This document shows, piece after piece, positions 34,343 through 44,962 of a stretch of 64,000 bases of DNA; within the stretch, counting starts at the first letter, position 1, and every line of letters starts with the position of its first letter. Position numbers and translations under genes: made by a program. The notes under the pieces are model-generated. The model did no database searches and was not told the DNA's origin. It saw only the letters and a list, made by a program, of their open reading frames with translations. Source of the DNA: a virus; IMG/VR virus record IMGVR_UViG_3300021960_000054, positions 8,047 to 72,046 of that record; one strand, written 5' to 3'.

Positions 34343-35443
34343 CTATAAAGTAAATCCAGCAAAACTGTCTTTCTCAACATCTTGCTTAATACCTCCAATG
34401 ACATAGGATTCGATTTCAGTTTCTTGAGGGGCATTTTGAAGACCTGAACTATTTAACCAATGAAGAGTCCATGGTAGTGGGTTGTCTCCTGGTTTGATAT
34501 CATAGATTGCGTTCAGTCCAATTGCTTTCATACGCTTGTTTGCTACCCATTCAACATAGTCTGATAATAGTTTCTCATTGAGACCAATCATCGCTCCATC
34601 TTTGAATAGATACTTCGCCCACTCTTTTTCTTCATCTACTGCTTGACGATACATGTCATACATGAATTCTTGTTCTTCATTAATAACATCAAGCATTTCT
34701 TTGTCATTTTCGTTATTCTTGTAATTCTTAATAATATGTTGACTAATAGCAAGGTGTTGACTTTCATCTCTCGCAATGAATGAGATAATCTTTGCGCTAC
34801 CTTCCATTTGCTTCAACTCTCCAAATGCAAAAGTACACGCAAATGAAACATAGAAGCGAATACCTTCTAAGATATTTACTGTAACTAATGCTCTCCATAA
34901 TTTGCGTTTTAATTCTTTTGTGGTACCTTCACCATTCAATTCATATCGTTTTGCATAATCAATGAAATCATCATAACACTTTGTAATACTATCTGCACGT
35001 TTCATAATTTTTTCATCATCAACAACTGTGTCGAAAACCTCTGATGGGTTTGCATACAAGTTCTTAATCATGTATGTATAACTACGACTGTGAATAGTCT
35101 CCATGAAGTCCCATGCAATAATACAACCTTCTAGTTCTGGTAGAGAACAGTAAGGCATAAATGCTAACGCAGGTCCTCTACCTTGAACACTATCAAGCAA
35201 AATCTGATACTTTAGATTAGATGTGAAGATGTGCTTTTGTTCAGGACGCAATTCATTATAATCATTGCGGTCTTTCTGCAATGAAATTTCTTCTGGACGC
35301 CAAAAGAAACCAAGTTGCTTCTGTGTCAGTTTATCAAAGACAGGATACTTGAATTCATCATATCTTTGCATACCTTGGTCCTCACCAAAGAACATTGGTT
35401 GTTTTTTGAAATCTACTTTGTTTTTGTTAAATACACTTGTCAT
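34343..35443 (-). CDS. nrdB: Ribonucleotide reductase class Ia beta subunit
   Basis: FFWRPEE, ETIHSRSY, LEGIRFYVSF, RDESQH, APQETEI. Confidence 0.97.
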   Translation of the reverse strand: MTSVFNKNKVDFKKQPMFFGEDQGMQRYDEFKYPVFDKLTQKQLGFFWRPEEISLQKDRNDYNELRPEQKHIFTSNLKYQILLDSVQGRGPALAFMPYCSLPELEGCIIAWDFMETIHSRSYTYMIKNLYANPSEVFDTVVDDEKIMKRADSITKCYDDFIDYAKRYELNGEGTTKELKRKLWRALVTVNILEGIRFYVSFACTFAFGELKQMEGSAKIISFIARDESQHLAISQHIIKNYKNNENDKEMLDVINEEQEFMYDMYRQAVDEEKEWAKYLFKDGAMIGLNEKLLSDYVEWVANKRMKAIGLNAIYDIKPGDNPLPWTLHWLNSSGLQNAPQETEIESYVIGGIKQDVEKDSFAGFTL

Positions 35444-35454
35444 TACTTTTTTCC

Positions 35455-37761
35455 TTAAATTGCACAGGCATCACATGCTTCATCTTCACCGAAATACTCT
35501 GGTGGGTTATCGAACTTTTTCGTTGTTTCTTCTACTACAGTTTCTTCATCATCATCTTTCTTACCATCATAAGTGTTTTGATAGTAAGCAGTCTTCCATC
35601 CATACTTATAGGTTGTAAGTAGGTCTTGCGCCATTACTGAGATTGGCACTTCATTATTCTCGTAGTTTTCTGGATTGTACGACCAGTTACCACTGATTGC
35701 TTGGTCAAAATACTTCTGCATCATCGCAACGACTTTGATATACCCTTCGTTGCTTTTCATATCCCATAATAGAGTGTATGAATTCTTTAGCGTAGTATAC
35801 TGTGGAACAATCTGTTTAAGAGTCCCCTTTTTGCTTTTCTTAACGGACAGGTATGCTCTAGGAGGTTCGATTCCATTAGTTTCTCCTGACACAACGGAAC
35901 TGCTCTCTGATGGCATCTGTGCGGACAGAGTTGAGTTGCGGAGTCCGTATGCTTTGATGTCTGCTCTAAGATTATCCCAATCACGACTTAACTTTCTGTT
36001 GCAAATTTCATCGACCTCTTTCTTGTATGTGTCAATAGGTAGAATACCATCTGCATACTTAGTTCGGTCGTAATACTCACATTTACCTTTTTCTTGAGCA
36101 AGTTTATTAGATGCTCTCAGCAAGAAATACTGAAAACTCTCAGATAGTTCATCTACAAGTTCCCATGCTTTAGGGTCATCATATTTGACTTTGTTCTTTG
36201 CTAGGTAATGTGCTAGACCTATATATCCAACTCCTAAAGACCGTCTTGCTCTAGTTGATTTCTCAGCGGCAATGACAGGATACTTCTGATAGTCAATAAT
36301 CTCATCTAGTGAGCGAACTGCTAAGTCACACAAATCTTCTAACTCATCTGTATGCTTCAACTGACCAATGTTGATTGCAGATAGAATACACAAAGCAATC
36401 TCAGCATCCTCATCATCGATATGCTGAATAGGTGTAGTTGGTAGTGTAATCTCTTGACACAGATTACTCATATACACACGGTCTTTGAATGAACTATGAG
36501 TATTACAGTGGTCGATGTTCATAAGATAGATACGACCGGTCTCTGCACGTTCTTTGAGTAGATTAATCATCAACTCTCTAGCAGGTACAGTCTTCTTAGG
36601 TACAGAATATGCTCTCTCATACTTGAGATACATCTCATCAAACTCAGGTGTACCGAATGCTTCATATAGACCAGGAGCATCATGCGGCGAGAACAAAGTA
36701 ATGTTTTCGCTCTTCAAAAAACGCTCATAGAATAACTTACTCAACTGAATTGAATAGTCAAGTTTGCGAACACGATTATCTTCAGAACCTTTGTTGTTCT
36801 TTAGTACAAGAATATCTTCAATCTCTTTGTGCCAGATAGGAAAGTGAGTAGTAGCAGACCCACCGCGCACACCATTCTGTGTACAACATCTTACTGTCGC
36901 TTCGAACTTTTTGAGGAAAGGAATGACACCAGTATGTTGTACTTCACCTCCACGAATTTTAGAATTGATTCCACGAATTCTGCCAGCATTAATACCAATG
37001 CCCGCCCGTTGTGAAACATAGTATCCAATAGCACTATCAGAATTAAAAATGGAATCAAGAGTGTCATCAACGTCCACAAGAACACAAGATGCAAACTGAC
37101 GTATAGGGGTCCTGACACCTGACATAACAGGCGTTGGAATATTGATTTTGAATAGTGAGATTGCGTTGTAGTATCTTCTGACATATGATAGTCTTGTCTC
37201 CTTAGGATATTGTGCGAATAAAGTTGCGGCGATGAGCAAATACATAAACTGAGGTGTCTCATAGATATCACCGTTGCTTCTGTCTTGTACTAAGTACTTG
37301 TCAACCACTTGCTGTAATCCAGCATAAGTGAAGTTTAAGTCGCGCTGATGATAAATCATAGCATCTAGTTTAGACCACTCATCTTCATCGTAGTATGATA
37401 GTAATTCCTTATCATACACACCACGGTCGATGTTATGTTTCACATGCTCTAAAAGAGGAGGATATTCATATTCACCAAACACATTTTTGCGTAATCCGTA
37501 CAGCAACAATCGCGCCGCAACATATTCATAGTTGGGTGCTTCTAATGAAATCAAGTCGGAAGCAGATTTCACAAGAATTTTTTGAATGTCTTTAGTTTCA
37601 ATCCCATCAAAGAACTGAATACCCGAATTCATCTCTACCTGTGACGCGGACACGCCATGTAAACCATCACATGCTTCTTGTGTAATTTTCTGAATTTTTC
37701 TAATATCTAATGTTTCTTTCCGACCATCATTTTTGATGACATGAATACTTGGTTGATCCAT
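35455..37761 (-). CDS. nrdA: Ribonucleotide reductase class Ia alpha subunit
   Basis: ATP cone, SCVL, SNLCQEI, MPSESSS, C-terminal CDAC. Confidence 0.97.
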   Translation of the reverse strand: MDQPSIHVIKNDGRKETLDIRKIQKITQEACDGLHGVSASQVEMNSGIQFFDGIETKDIQKILVKSASDLISLEAPNYEYVAARLLLYGLRKNVFGEYEYPPLLEHVKHNIDRGVYDKELLSYYDEDEWSKLDAMIYHQRDLNFTYAGLQQVVDKYLVQDRSNGDIYETPQFMYLLIAATLFAQYPKETRLSYVRRYYNAISLFKINIPTPVMSGVRTPIRQFASCVLVDVDDTLDSIFNSDSAIGYYVSQRAGIGINAGRIRGINSKIRGGEVQHTGVIPFLKKFEATVRCCTQNGVRGGSATTHFPIWHKEIEDILVLKNNKGSEDNRVRKLDYSIQLSKLFYERFLKSENITLFSPHDAPGLYEAFGTPEFDEMYLKYERAYSVPKKTVPARELMINLLKERAETGRIYLMNIDHCNTHSSFKDRVYMSNLCQEITLPTTPIQHIDDEDAEIALCILSAINIGQLKHTDELEDLCDLAVRSLDEIIDYQKYPVIAAEKSTRARRSLGVGYIGLAHYLAKNKVKYDDPKAWELVDELSESFQYFLLRASNKLAQEKGKCEYYDRTKYADGILPIDTYKKEVDEICNRKLSRDWDNLRADIKAYGLRNSTLSAQMPSESSSVVSGETNGIEPPRAYLSVKKSKKGTLKQIVPQYTTLKNSYTLLWDMKSNEGYIKVVAMMQKYFDQAISGNWSYNPENYENNEVPISVMAQDLLTTYKYGWKTAYYQNTYDGKKDDDEETVVEETTKKFDNPPEYFGEDEACDACAI

Positions 37762-37777
37762 TTCTGCTCCTGTTTCT

Positions 37778-38287
37778 TTAATTGTTTTTATTTGGTAATA
37801 CGAAAAATAAGTAATCTAAATCGTAAGTTGCCGCAACATTTGGGTGTGTTACTTTCCACCATGCGTCATTTGATAGAACTGAAATACGTCCTGGATAACT
37901 TGCAATAATATCTGAAGGTTCACATTCAGTATATGCTATAATCTCTCCACCCCAATCCTTTGACCATGATTTAGCAAAACACACTAATACCTGTAAAGCA
38001 TCATTATAACCTCTCATAGGAACAGGATATGCATCATGCGTATACTTAATTTTACTCACATATGTTGGTTTTATATCTAAATAGCGTCTAAGTTTGGGGT
38101 CACTTTCACCTAGAAGTTGTATAACATCTTTTGCTAATTCTTCTGCGTCTATTGTATCAAATGATTCCATCTCTTCAATTTGCTGTTGCTGAATTACCAA
38201 ATCATACACACTCAAATCTGGTTCTACATCTTTGATAAAACTTATAGGTTGTTCTTTTCGCCTTAATTCTAATTCGCTTGTTGGCAT
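37778..38287 (-). CDS. Degenerate 2OG-Fe(II) oxygenase-fold protein
   Basis: WSKDWGGE...YPGRI scaffold without aligned HxD/H ligands. Confidence 0.55.
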   Translation of the reverse strand: MPTSELELRRKEQPISFIKDVEPDLSVYDLVIQQQQIEEMESFDTIDAEELAKDVIQLLGESDPKLRRYLDIKPTYVSKIKYTHDAYPVPMRGYNDALQVLVCFAKSWSKDWGGEIIAYTECEPSDIIASYPGRISVLSNDAWWKVTHPNVAATYDLDYLFFVLPNKNN

Positions 38288-38288
38288 T

Positions 38289-38798
38289 CTATTCTCCTAA
38301 TTTATACGCAATCGTATGACGGTATCCATTATATAAATGGTTATAAGAAGATGCTCTATGAACTATGTTGCCATCAAAGAAAACTGCGCGACCGGCAAAA
38401 GGCGTTATCGCATAACACGCATCTTTATTGTCATCATAGAAAATAGTCTCACCACCATACTTTACATCATAATTTAAATTTAAATATATTAAACAGGTTG
38501 TGTGACATCCATCAATATGCGGAAAACTAGGTTCGTTTGGTTTCCATGCATTGATATATGCTCTTACGATTTTTAATTCTAAACCTGTTAGTGTTTTTGC
38601 TTGCGATAGAATTCTTTCATCTAGAAATCCACGCATCTCATCATTTAGTTCTGCGGTCATACCGCTCAAATATTTTTCCTCATTGTAAATATCATATTCT
38701 ATAATATTCCAACGCAATTCTTTACACTGATTAGTAAAAAAGTGGCATCTTTCTGCTTGTATAAAATGGTCTACAATATCTATTCGCATTTCTTCCAT
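38289..38798 (-). CDS. 2OG-Fe(II) oxygenase (prolyl-hydroxylase-like)
   Basis: RAYIN...PHIDG...YGGETIF...IVHRA...YRHTIAYK. Confidence 0.85.
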   Translation of the reverse strand: MEEMRIDIVDHFIQAERCHFFTNQCKELRWNIIEYDIYNEEKYLSGMTAELNDEMRGFLDERILSQAKTLTGLELKIVRAYINAWKPNEPSFPHIDGCHTTCLIYLNLNYDVKYGGETIFYDDNKDACYAITPFAGRAVFFDGNIVHRASSYNHLYNGYRHTIAYKLGE

Positions 38799-39793
38799 TC
38801 ACCAAACCTCATTCTTGCACTTAGACCTCTATGTGTGTTTTTACTTATAATGTCCATAATGTCTAACTTGCTTTTTCCTGCTATAATCATATCATTAATG
38901 TCTTTTTCGCCGATAGTCTCAGGCCATATCACAATAGTATCGTCATTGTCGATGTGTTTCCACATTCTTTTAACAATTTCTGGATTGCGTGGTTCATTAT
39001 CATACACAAAAACATAGTCATTGTATGCATAATCAAGTTTATCTAAACCGCTTGCATCTGCGCCTGCCATTGCAATACTATTATCTATAAACATGGAATC
39101 GATTGGACCCTCTACAACGTAAACTTTTTCGGAAAGATTAACTTTGTCTAACCCATATAGTTTAGGTGCAGTCTCATCAAGCATAATAGTGATATACTTT
39201 GGTTTCTCTTTACCGAATGCACGACCTTGAAATCCTATCAGTTTACCCGTCTTGTCATAGAATGGTATGATAAGTCTAGGGTGGTCTTGGTCTACATTAG
39301 TAAACTTATTTGGTATTATTCGGTTGACGAATGTGCAGAACTTGTTGACTAGATATAGTTCTTCCCATCGCTCTTCTGGTATCTTTCTCATCTCCATATA
39401 CTTGCGTACTGGATGCTCTAAAGATAGTCTAGAAACGGTTTTAACGGTGTCTAGGAGGGTTGTTTGTTTGATTACGACTGACTTATACTCAGGTTCATCA
39501 AACATAGTACGAGAGGTCTCACCATTCTTATATCTTGCAAGAATGTATTGTTTATAGACTTCAGCATCTACTCTTTCAAGTAATTTACCGAATGTAGTGG
39601 ACAGTCCGCAGTTGTGGCATCTATACAACATCATATCTTTGACGCGATAGAAGTACCCTCTTGCTTTTGTCTTTTTCTTCGTGGAATCACCACAAACAGG
39701 GCAAGAAAAATTATAAAGATAATCTTTCTTCTTCTTGAAATTCCTCAGTTTGTGGGAAATCGAATGAATATAATCTAGGTCTGTCATTAACAT
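38780..39793 (-). CDS. 61: DNA primase (T4 gp61)
   Basis: CPVCGDS, CHNC, QGRA, VVEGPIDSMF, DNEPRN, KDINDM. Confidence 0.95.
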   Translation of the reverse strand: MLMTDLDYIHSISHKLRNFKKKKDYLYNFSCPVCGDSTKKKTKARGYFYRVKDMMLYRCHNCGLSTTFGKLLERVDAEVYKQYILARYKNGETSRTMFDEPEYKSVVIKQTTLLDTVKTVSRLSLEHPVRKYMEMRKIPEERWEELYLVNKFCTFVNRIIPNKFTNVDQDHPRLIIPFYDKTGKLIGFQGRAFGKEKPKYITIMLDETAPKLYGLDKVNLSEKVYVVEGPIDSMFIDNSIAMAGADASGLDKLDYAYNDYVFVYDNEPRNPEIVKRMWKHIDNDDTIVIWPETIGEKDINDMIIAGKSKLDIMDIISKNTHRGLSARMRFGEWKKCE

Positions 39794-39844
39794 AATACAT
39801 AATATACTCTAAAAAGGTTACAAAGTCAAGTAAAAAATTATCTT

Positions 39845-40267
39845 TTACCCAAATAATTTCAATACTGGCATGGCAGATATGAGATAACCAACGACCATCG
39901 CGCCGCCAATCATAATCCAGCGCCATTGCTCTAGTCTGTTTAGTCTATCGCTCACAGCAATATGGTGTGCTTGTTGCTCTTCGCGTAACTTTTTAATTTC
40001 ATCCATGATGAGTGAGTGTGATTTTTCGATTTCGGTTGACATTTCTTGTTTTTGCTTCTCTATTCTCTCATGAATGATTTCTACATTGTGACCCAAATGT
40101 TTATCTGTAGTCTCAATTTTATTTTCTTGCACTGCTATCATACGGTTAATTGAGGTCGCTACTTCCGACAACTTCTCTATGGTTAAATCGAGTTTGCCGA
40201 TAACCAAGTTAAGTTGTGTAATATCTCTCTTTATGAGTTCAATTTCGGTGCGTACTTCTTCTGACAT
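39845..40267 (-). CDS. Coiled-coil protein with C-terminal TM
   Basis: RLNRLEQWRWIMIGGA. Confidence 0.65.
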   Translation of the reverse strand: MSEEVRTEIELIKRDITQLNLVIGKLDLTIEKLSEVATSINRMIAVQENKIETTDKHLGHNVEIIHERIEKQKQEMSTEIEKSHSLIMDEIKKLREEQQAHHIAVSDRLNRLEQWRWIMIGGAMVVGYLISAMPVLKLFG

Positions 40268-40268
40268 A

Positions 40269-40544
40269 TCATTTCTCTAAACTATTTATTCTTTCTTCTA
40301 ACTCATCAATCTTTTTAGTTATACGAGGATATCTTTTTCTCCAGATATCATCTGGTTCTTGTAACCAAGTCCAACCCCATCGATTAACGAGATAATCTAA
40401 TGCTTCATCAAACTTTGAGTATGCCCATAGTCCCATACGGGTATCGCGAAACCATGCAAGAAACGCGGCACCTAATAAAGCACCAGCGATTGCTGTGTAA
40501 ATCCACAACGTATCGCTGAACATTTTAGAGATTAACTCTCCCAT
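40269..40544 (-). CDS. Membrane protein
   Basis: LWIYTAIAGALLGAAFLAWF. Confidence 0.65.
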   Translation of the reverse strand: MGELISKMFSDTLWIYTAIAGALLGAAFLAWFRDTRMGLWAYSKFDEALDYLVNRWGWTWLQEPDDIWRKRYPRITKKIDELEERINSLEK

Positions 40545-41014
40545 GTTCTCGGTGCTGATGATTTAATTGCAAAGCGTCCAAATAGACGAACTGCATAGTA
40601 TGCGGCATACTTCTTCCATGATGCTACGAGTGGTTCAGTCTCACCCATTGCTTGCAAGAAAACACAATCTGCAATCTTACGACATGCTTCTAAGTCTGAT
40701 GCACTAATCTCACCGCGTCTTGCGTTGATACGCTCATACATGATATCATGAATAACTGCAGGTCGTGCAACATCAAACGGTGCAATGAATGCCCAACATG
40801 CTCTAGGAACTGATGCCAAGTCTGTAACGTATCCAAGAGGTACTGTAATCTTACCTGATGATGTGATTTTGATATCAACTTTACATTCTTTTAATTTCGC
40901 AATCTCACTATCTAATAGTGCCGCGGCATGAAATGTAAGAGGTTTTTCAAGTCTCCATTTGTTAGGTCGTTTAAATGCTCCTACGAGCAGTCCATTCCAT
41001 TTTTTATTTGACAT
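40532..41014 (-). CDS. DUF1353-family protein
   Basis: VPLGYVTDLASVPR...AVIHDIMY...AD..FLQAM...AVRLFG. Confidence 0.8.
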   Translation of the reverse strand: MSNKKWNGLLVGAFKRPNKWRLEKPLTFHAAALLDSEIAKLKECKVDIKITSSGKITVPLGYVTDLASVPRACWAFIAPFDVARPAVIHDIMYERINARRGEISASDLEACRKIADCVFLQAMGETEPLVASWKKYAAYYAVRLFGRFAIKSSAPRTWES

Positions 41015-41378
41015 TCTCTTCCTCTTTCTGTGGTTCATAATACTTGCGATATTGTATAATTATTTCTTTTTGTGTCGCAAGATACCCTTTTATATCTGCT
41101 ATATTTAGTGCTAGTGCTTCGTACCCATCTGTTGTCATTGCAAATAGAGCAATAGGTTTACCTTGCTTCTCTAAATCTGCGAATACTGCTTCTGCATTTT
41201 CTCTTGTGACAACAACCCACTCAACTTTTTTCATGTCAAGCGGTTCTGGATTAGGTAAGTTCAGTCTAGGTTTCTCTACTGCTACCTTCTGTGTCTCAAT
41301 TGTTTTAACACTAGGTAGAAAACTGCAACCAGTTAATGCTACGAGTAATAGACTACTTAGTAAGATTTTCAATTTCAT
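41004..41378 (-). CDS. Outer-membrane lipoprotein, o-spanin (Rz1-like)
   Basis: Lipobox LTGC, Pro-rich linker; overlaps the upstream i-spanin. Confidence 0.7.
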   Translation of the reverse strand: MKLKILLSSLLLVALTGCSFLPSVKTIETQKVAVEKPRLNLPNPEPLDMKKVEWVVVTRENAEAVFADLEKQGKPIALFAMTTDGYEALALNIADIKGYLATQKEIIIQYRKYYEPQKEEENVK

Positions 41379-41724
41379 CTAATACACCCATGGACCCTTT
41401 ATTAATAATTCTTTCAATTAGTTTTGGTTTCTCTACTGCAAGAAAATTCAAATCATGCTTCGCAAGTTTCTTTTGCAACTCATCTTTTGCTTTGTTTACT
41501 TCGTTAATTTTATCGTTAAGAGCAACATTTGACTGAAGTATCTTTTCGTAGGATTCTTTTGTCTGTGCTATTACTGCTTTTTGTTCTTCTACTGCAGTCT
41601 CAAGTTTTGCTTGATTGAGTACAAGTATTTCATTTTCATGTTGTAACTTCTTAACATAGTAAATGGCGCCAGAGGCGCCAACTAGTGCTACAATAATGAA
41701 TACTATTTTAATCTGTGTAAACAT
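41353..41724 (-). CDS. i-spanin (Rz-like)
   Basis: N-terminal TM followed by a coiled coil; adjacent to the lipoprotein. Confidence 0.7.
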   Translation of the reverse strand: MFTQIKIVFIIVALVGASGAIYYVKKLQHENEILVLNQAKLETAVEEQKAVIAQTKESYEKILQSNVALNDKINEVNKAKDELQKKLAKHDLNFLAVEKPKLIERIINKGSMGVLDEIENLTK

Positions 41725-41725
41725 A

Positions 41726-42187
41726 CTACTCCTGTATATTAAATTTTAAGTTTGCGTGGTCAGGATATGTTACCGCAATACTACCTTCTGGACAGTCATA
41801 GTCAATATAAGCAATCAATGTTGCTATACCTTGTGCCACTGGTTGGTCGGTTTCTATTGACATTTTATAAGCAAATGTATCCACTTTATCGCTTGCCGGT
41901 CCCATAAATTTACCAATACTGCTTGACGCCGGATGAACAATGTCTTCGCTATCTCTTACAGTGAGTGTAAAGTCTGTAACTGTGCAGTCATCTCTGTGTT
42001 TCTCTCTTGCAACAGTTACTTTATAGTCACCATCGTATGGCACTACACTAAAATGCTCAGGTGCCCATGTAAGAATGTCTTTATTTTCAAATTTATCCCA
42101 TACAGTATAACCACCACCAAGCATTGCTAATGTTGCTGTTACAACACCAATACCTTTTGTTATATTTTCAACATCAAAACTCAACAT
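41726..42187 (-). CDS. Membrane-anchored hypothetical protein
   Basis: N-terminal TM and beta-rich domain. Confidence 0.6.
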   Translation of the reverse strand: MLSFDVENITKGIGVVTATLAMLGGGYTVWDKFENKDILTWAPEHFSVVPYDGDYKVTVAREKHRDDCTVTDFTLTVRDSEDIVHPASSSIGKFMGPASDKVDTFAYKMSIETDQPVAQGIATLIAYIDYDCPEGSIAVTYPDHANLKFNIQE

Positions 42188-42941
42188 CGATCCATTCCTT
42201 TAGTGATGAAACTTTTTCTGTTCTTACTGGTCTTTGAAGTTTTTTCCAACGACCACCACCATTAGGATTATATCGAATTGCTTTTTGATTACCTGTATCT
42301 GCACATTGTAGAATAATCATACCATCTGGATTTCTTCGTGCAAAGTTATAGATACTTGCTTCCGCGTCATCTTCGGTGTTTAAGTATTTGTTCCAGCGTT
42401 CAAACTTCTTTTTACCTTTAGCAAAACGTCTGAATACTTCTGGTGTTACTTTAAATAATGCAGTCTTGCGCTTCTTCTTACGAACTACAACAGTACTACT
42501 ATCATCTCCAGTACCTGCTACTGCAGGACCGGTCGCATTTGCCGCGGCAACTTCCCAATGCTTTCGAATTTCTGCTTCTGCTAGATAGAACCCAGGACGA
42601 TGCTCTGCCATGTCTAATTTTTCTAGCAATACACTATCGGTCTCAAAAAACTCTTCTTCTTTAACTAACTTCTCTCTTACAAGTAGTAGTGCCGCGGCGT
42701 AGTTTGCAAGACGCGACTTGACGAAAGGAACTTTCTCTAAAAGTCCTCGTAGACGAAATACTAATCTGTGTAGGAGAGTGTATGCACTTTCTTGCTCATT
42801 ACGAACAAACTTACGCATTGAAATAAGTTGTTCACCCTTTTCGTTAATAATGCCTAAACGATACGCTTCAGTATCTTCATACTTCATCGTGAATAGTCTT
42901 AACATTCTTAGGGCAATTAGATTGTCTACTAATTTACTCAT
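42174..42941 (-). CDS. Conserved T4-like late protein
   Basis: AYRLGIINEKG...AYTLLHRLVFRLR...ANATGPAVAG. Confidence 0.7.
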   Translation of the reverse strand: MSKLVDNLIALRMLRLFTMKYEDTEAYRLGIINEKGEQLISMRKFVRNEQESAYTLLHRLVFRLRGLLEKVPFVKSRLANYAAALLLVREKLVKEEEFFETDSVLLEKLDMAEHRPGFYLAEAEIRKHWEVAAANATGPAVAGTGDDSSTVVVRKKKRKTALFKVTPEVFRRFAKGKKKFERWNKYLNTEDDAEASIYNFARRNPDGMIILQCADTGNQKAIRYNPNGGGRWKKLQRPVRTEKVSSLKEWIDVEF

Positions 42942-43304
42942 TTATAACTCTCTTAACTCCTGTACTATATCTTGGTCTAATGTAATATCTATGTGTTCTT
43001 TATCAGTCATATAGTTCAGAAACACAAGAAATGTTTTCAGACAAGACAACATATCAGTTTCTACTTTTAAAAAAAGCATTTTCTTTGTTGCTTCAGGACC
43101 AAAGACATTATATAAAACTACCATATGATTAATTACTAGTCTGCTTCGAATTTGTCCTGTGTCCAGATACTTCTTAAAAAGTCTCTTTATATATTTAATA
43201 CGCTTCAGGTCTTCTTGAAACTCTTCAAGGTCCATGCAATGTGGATTATTATATGCTTTCATTGCATAGACCAAGAAGTTTTTATCTGTCAATTCATTGT
43301 TCAT
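42942..43304 (-). CDS. Conserved T4-like late protein
   Basis: NFLVYAMKAYNNP...EDLKRIKYIKRL...INHMVVLYNVFG. Confidence 0.75.
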   Translation of the reverse strand: MNNELTDKNFLVYAMKAYNNPHCMDLEEFQEDLKRIKYIKRLFKKYLDTGQIRSRLVINHMVVLYNVFGPEATKKMLFLKVETDMLSCLKTFLVFLNYMTDKEHIDITLDQDIVQELREL

Positions 43305-43328
43305 TATATAGTAATTTATAACGAATAA

Positions 43329-44420
43329 TTATACGATTTTTGCGTATACTTTAGTGGTCCCAAATGGAGTTTTTTCATACTCAATCTGAAGATTTAAACC
43401 TTCAGCAGGATTTTCACTATCAAGCGCATCAATCGCAGTACTAACACTTTTACCTGTAATACCACCATACTGTGTCAGAGGAGTAGACGCGGTGCCTTTA
43501 TCTTCTGTCATAGCAGGAATATCAAAAGTTAAACCAAGAGTTGCTAGTTTACCTTGAAGTTGTACTAACGCACCTTTAGGGTTGACATATTCGCGAATAC
43601 CAACAGCACCAACAAGAGCATTTAGTTGTTGTAAACTATCAGGATTCTTAATATCATTGAGTGCTAAGTCAGTACCATCACCTGTTGGAACTTGCGAGTA
43701 ACCATCTTCCAACAAGTCGGTGATTGTCTCAACAACATTTCTACCACTAGAGTTAAACGTAATGATATCCATGCTTTCTTCAAGTGAATTTACTTCTTCA
43801 ACTTCAACAGTTTCGCGCACTCTCCCGCTGATAACATCAGATACAGTTTGGTCAATTGTTCTGCTTTCATTCTGACGTTTCAGAACTGCGGCAACTTGCT
43901 TATGATTAGATAAACCTTTTGCAAGTTTCTCAATTGCTCTAACTGCACCACTCATGTTACCACCAGCATAGCGTTTGTCTGATGCGATACCAATTGCTTG
44001 TTTAACTTGCATTGGTGTGTATGACTTCTCATCAACTTCTACGCTTTCAGATTTTTCTTTTTCGCGGTCTGCTTTCATCTTTGCTTTTTCAGCATCGATA
44101 CCTGCTTGTGCTTTCTTCAAACGCTCACGGTCTTGTTGCTTTTTCTTAATCTTAGCAAGTTTAGCATCTGCGGCGTCTGCACGTCCAGCAGTAGATACAC
44201 GAACATTACCTTGTTTGTTCACTACTGCTTTCTTTGCTAGATTGAATGCACCTTTACCTACTTTGGCAACGCCTTTGGCAATGCCACTGACGATACCTTC
44301 TTCTAGTTCATTAAGTTCCTCATCGCTGAGAGTTTCAAGAAACTTATCGAAATCCTCTTCGTTCAAACTCAAGAAGGAATCAAAAGTTTGTTCGGTGAGG
44401 TTTTGTTTAAATGATTTCAT
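43329..44420 (-). CDS. Probable internal head protein (multi-module)
   Basis: MKSFKQNLTE propeptide; several xxE boundaries. Confidence 0.6.
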   Translation of the reverse strand: MKSFKQNLTEQTFDSFLSLNEEDFDKFLETLSDEELNELEEGIVSGIAKGVAKVGKGAFNLAKKAVVNKQGNVRVSTAGRADAADAKLAKIKKKQQDRERLKKAQAGIDAEKAKMKADREKEKSESVEVDEKSYTPMQVKQAIGIASDKRYAGGNMSGAVRAIEKLAKGLSNHKQVAAVLKRQNESRTIDQTVSDVISGRVRETVEVEEVNSLEESMDIITFNSSGRNVVETITDLLEDGYSQVPTGDGTDLALNDIKNPDSLQQLNALVGAVGIREYVNPKGALVQLQGKLATLGLTFDIPAMTEDKGTASTPLTQYGGITGKSVSTAIDALDSENPAEGLNLQIEYEKTPFGTTKVYAKIV

Positions 44421-44432
44421 TGAAACCTCCTA

Positions 44433-44897
44433 TTATGCTATTGTGCAACCATTGTTTGACAGAATTTGCCAATTTGAACCATTAAAGATTAGAGTGGCGC
44501 TATCACCAGCATCTTCCATTGTGATGCTTGTACCATTCAAAAAGTTTGCTGGATCGATTTGTACATCGCCACCATCAACAATTAAAGTCAGAATTTTAAT
44601 CTGTCCTTGCACACCATCAGCAAGTGTTAGTGCATTAACACCATCTGTTGTAGCAGTTGATGTGATGTTGCTCATTGCTGATGTGACATTAATAGCGAGA
44701 GTTGCACCAGCGGCACTTACTGCCTCTGCTGTTGCATCAAATGCAAGAAATCCGTCTACTTTTACATTACCAGCAATGTTCTCCAGAAAGTTCTGGACTG
44801 TTAGTTTTTTGTTCGTACCACCTTGTACAATGTGAAACAAGTCAGCGGATGCACCACTGCTTGCGGCGGTTAGTTCACTAATTTTTTGGTCTGCCAT
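44433..44897 (-). CDS. Virion structural protein
   Basis: MADQKISELT...TLADGVQGQIKIL; Ala/Thr-rich beta protein. Confidence 0.65.
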   Translation of the reverse strand: MADQKISELTAASSGASADLFHIVQGGTNKKLTVQNFLENIAGNVKVDGFLAFDATAEAVSAAGATLAINVTSAMSNITSTATTDGVNALTLADGVQGQIKILTLIVDGGDVQIDPANFLNGTSITMEDAGDSATLIFNGSNWQILSNNGCTIA

Positions 44898-44962
44898 GTT
44901 AGTCTCCTATTTGCAGTTATTATTCACACTAATGCTTTGTTACAAACATTAGCAAATCTAGG

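Noticed and set aside
43975-44835. 286-aa plus-strand ORF
   Set aside because: Antisense shadow of two well-supported minus-strand genes, a codon-bias artefact. The same applies to other antisense ORFs such as 12840-13199, 35675-36073, 53017-53493 and 55422-55796.
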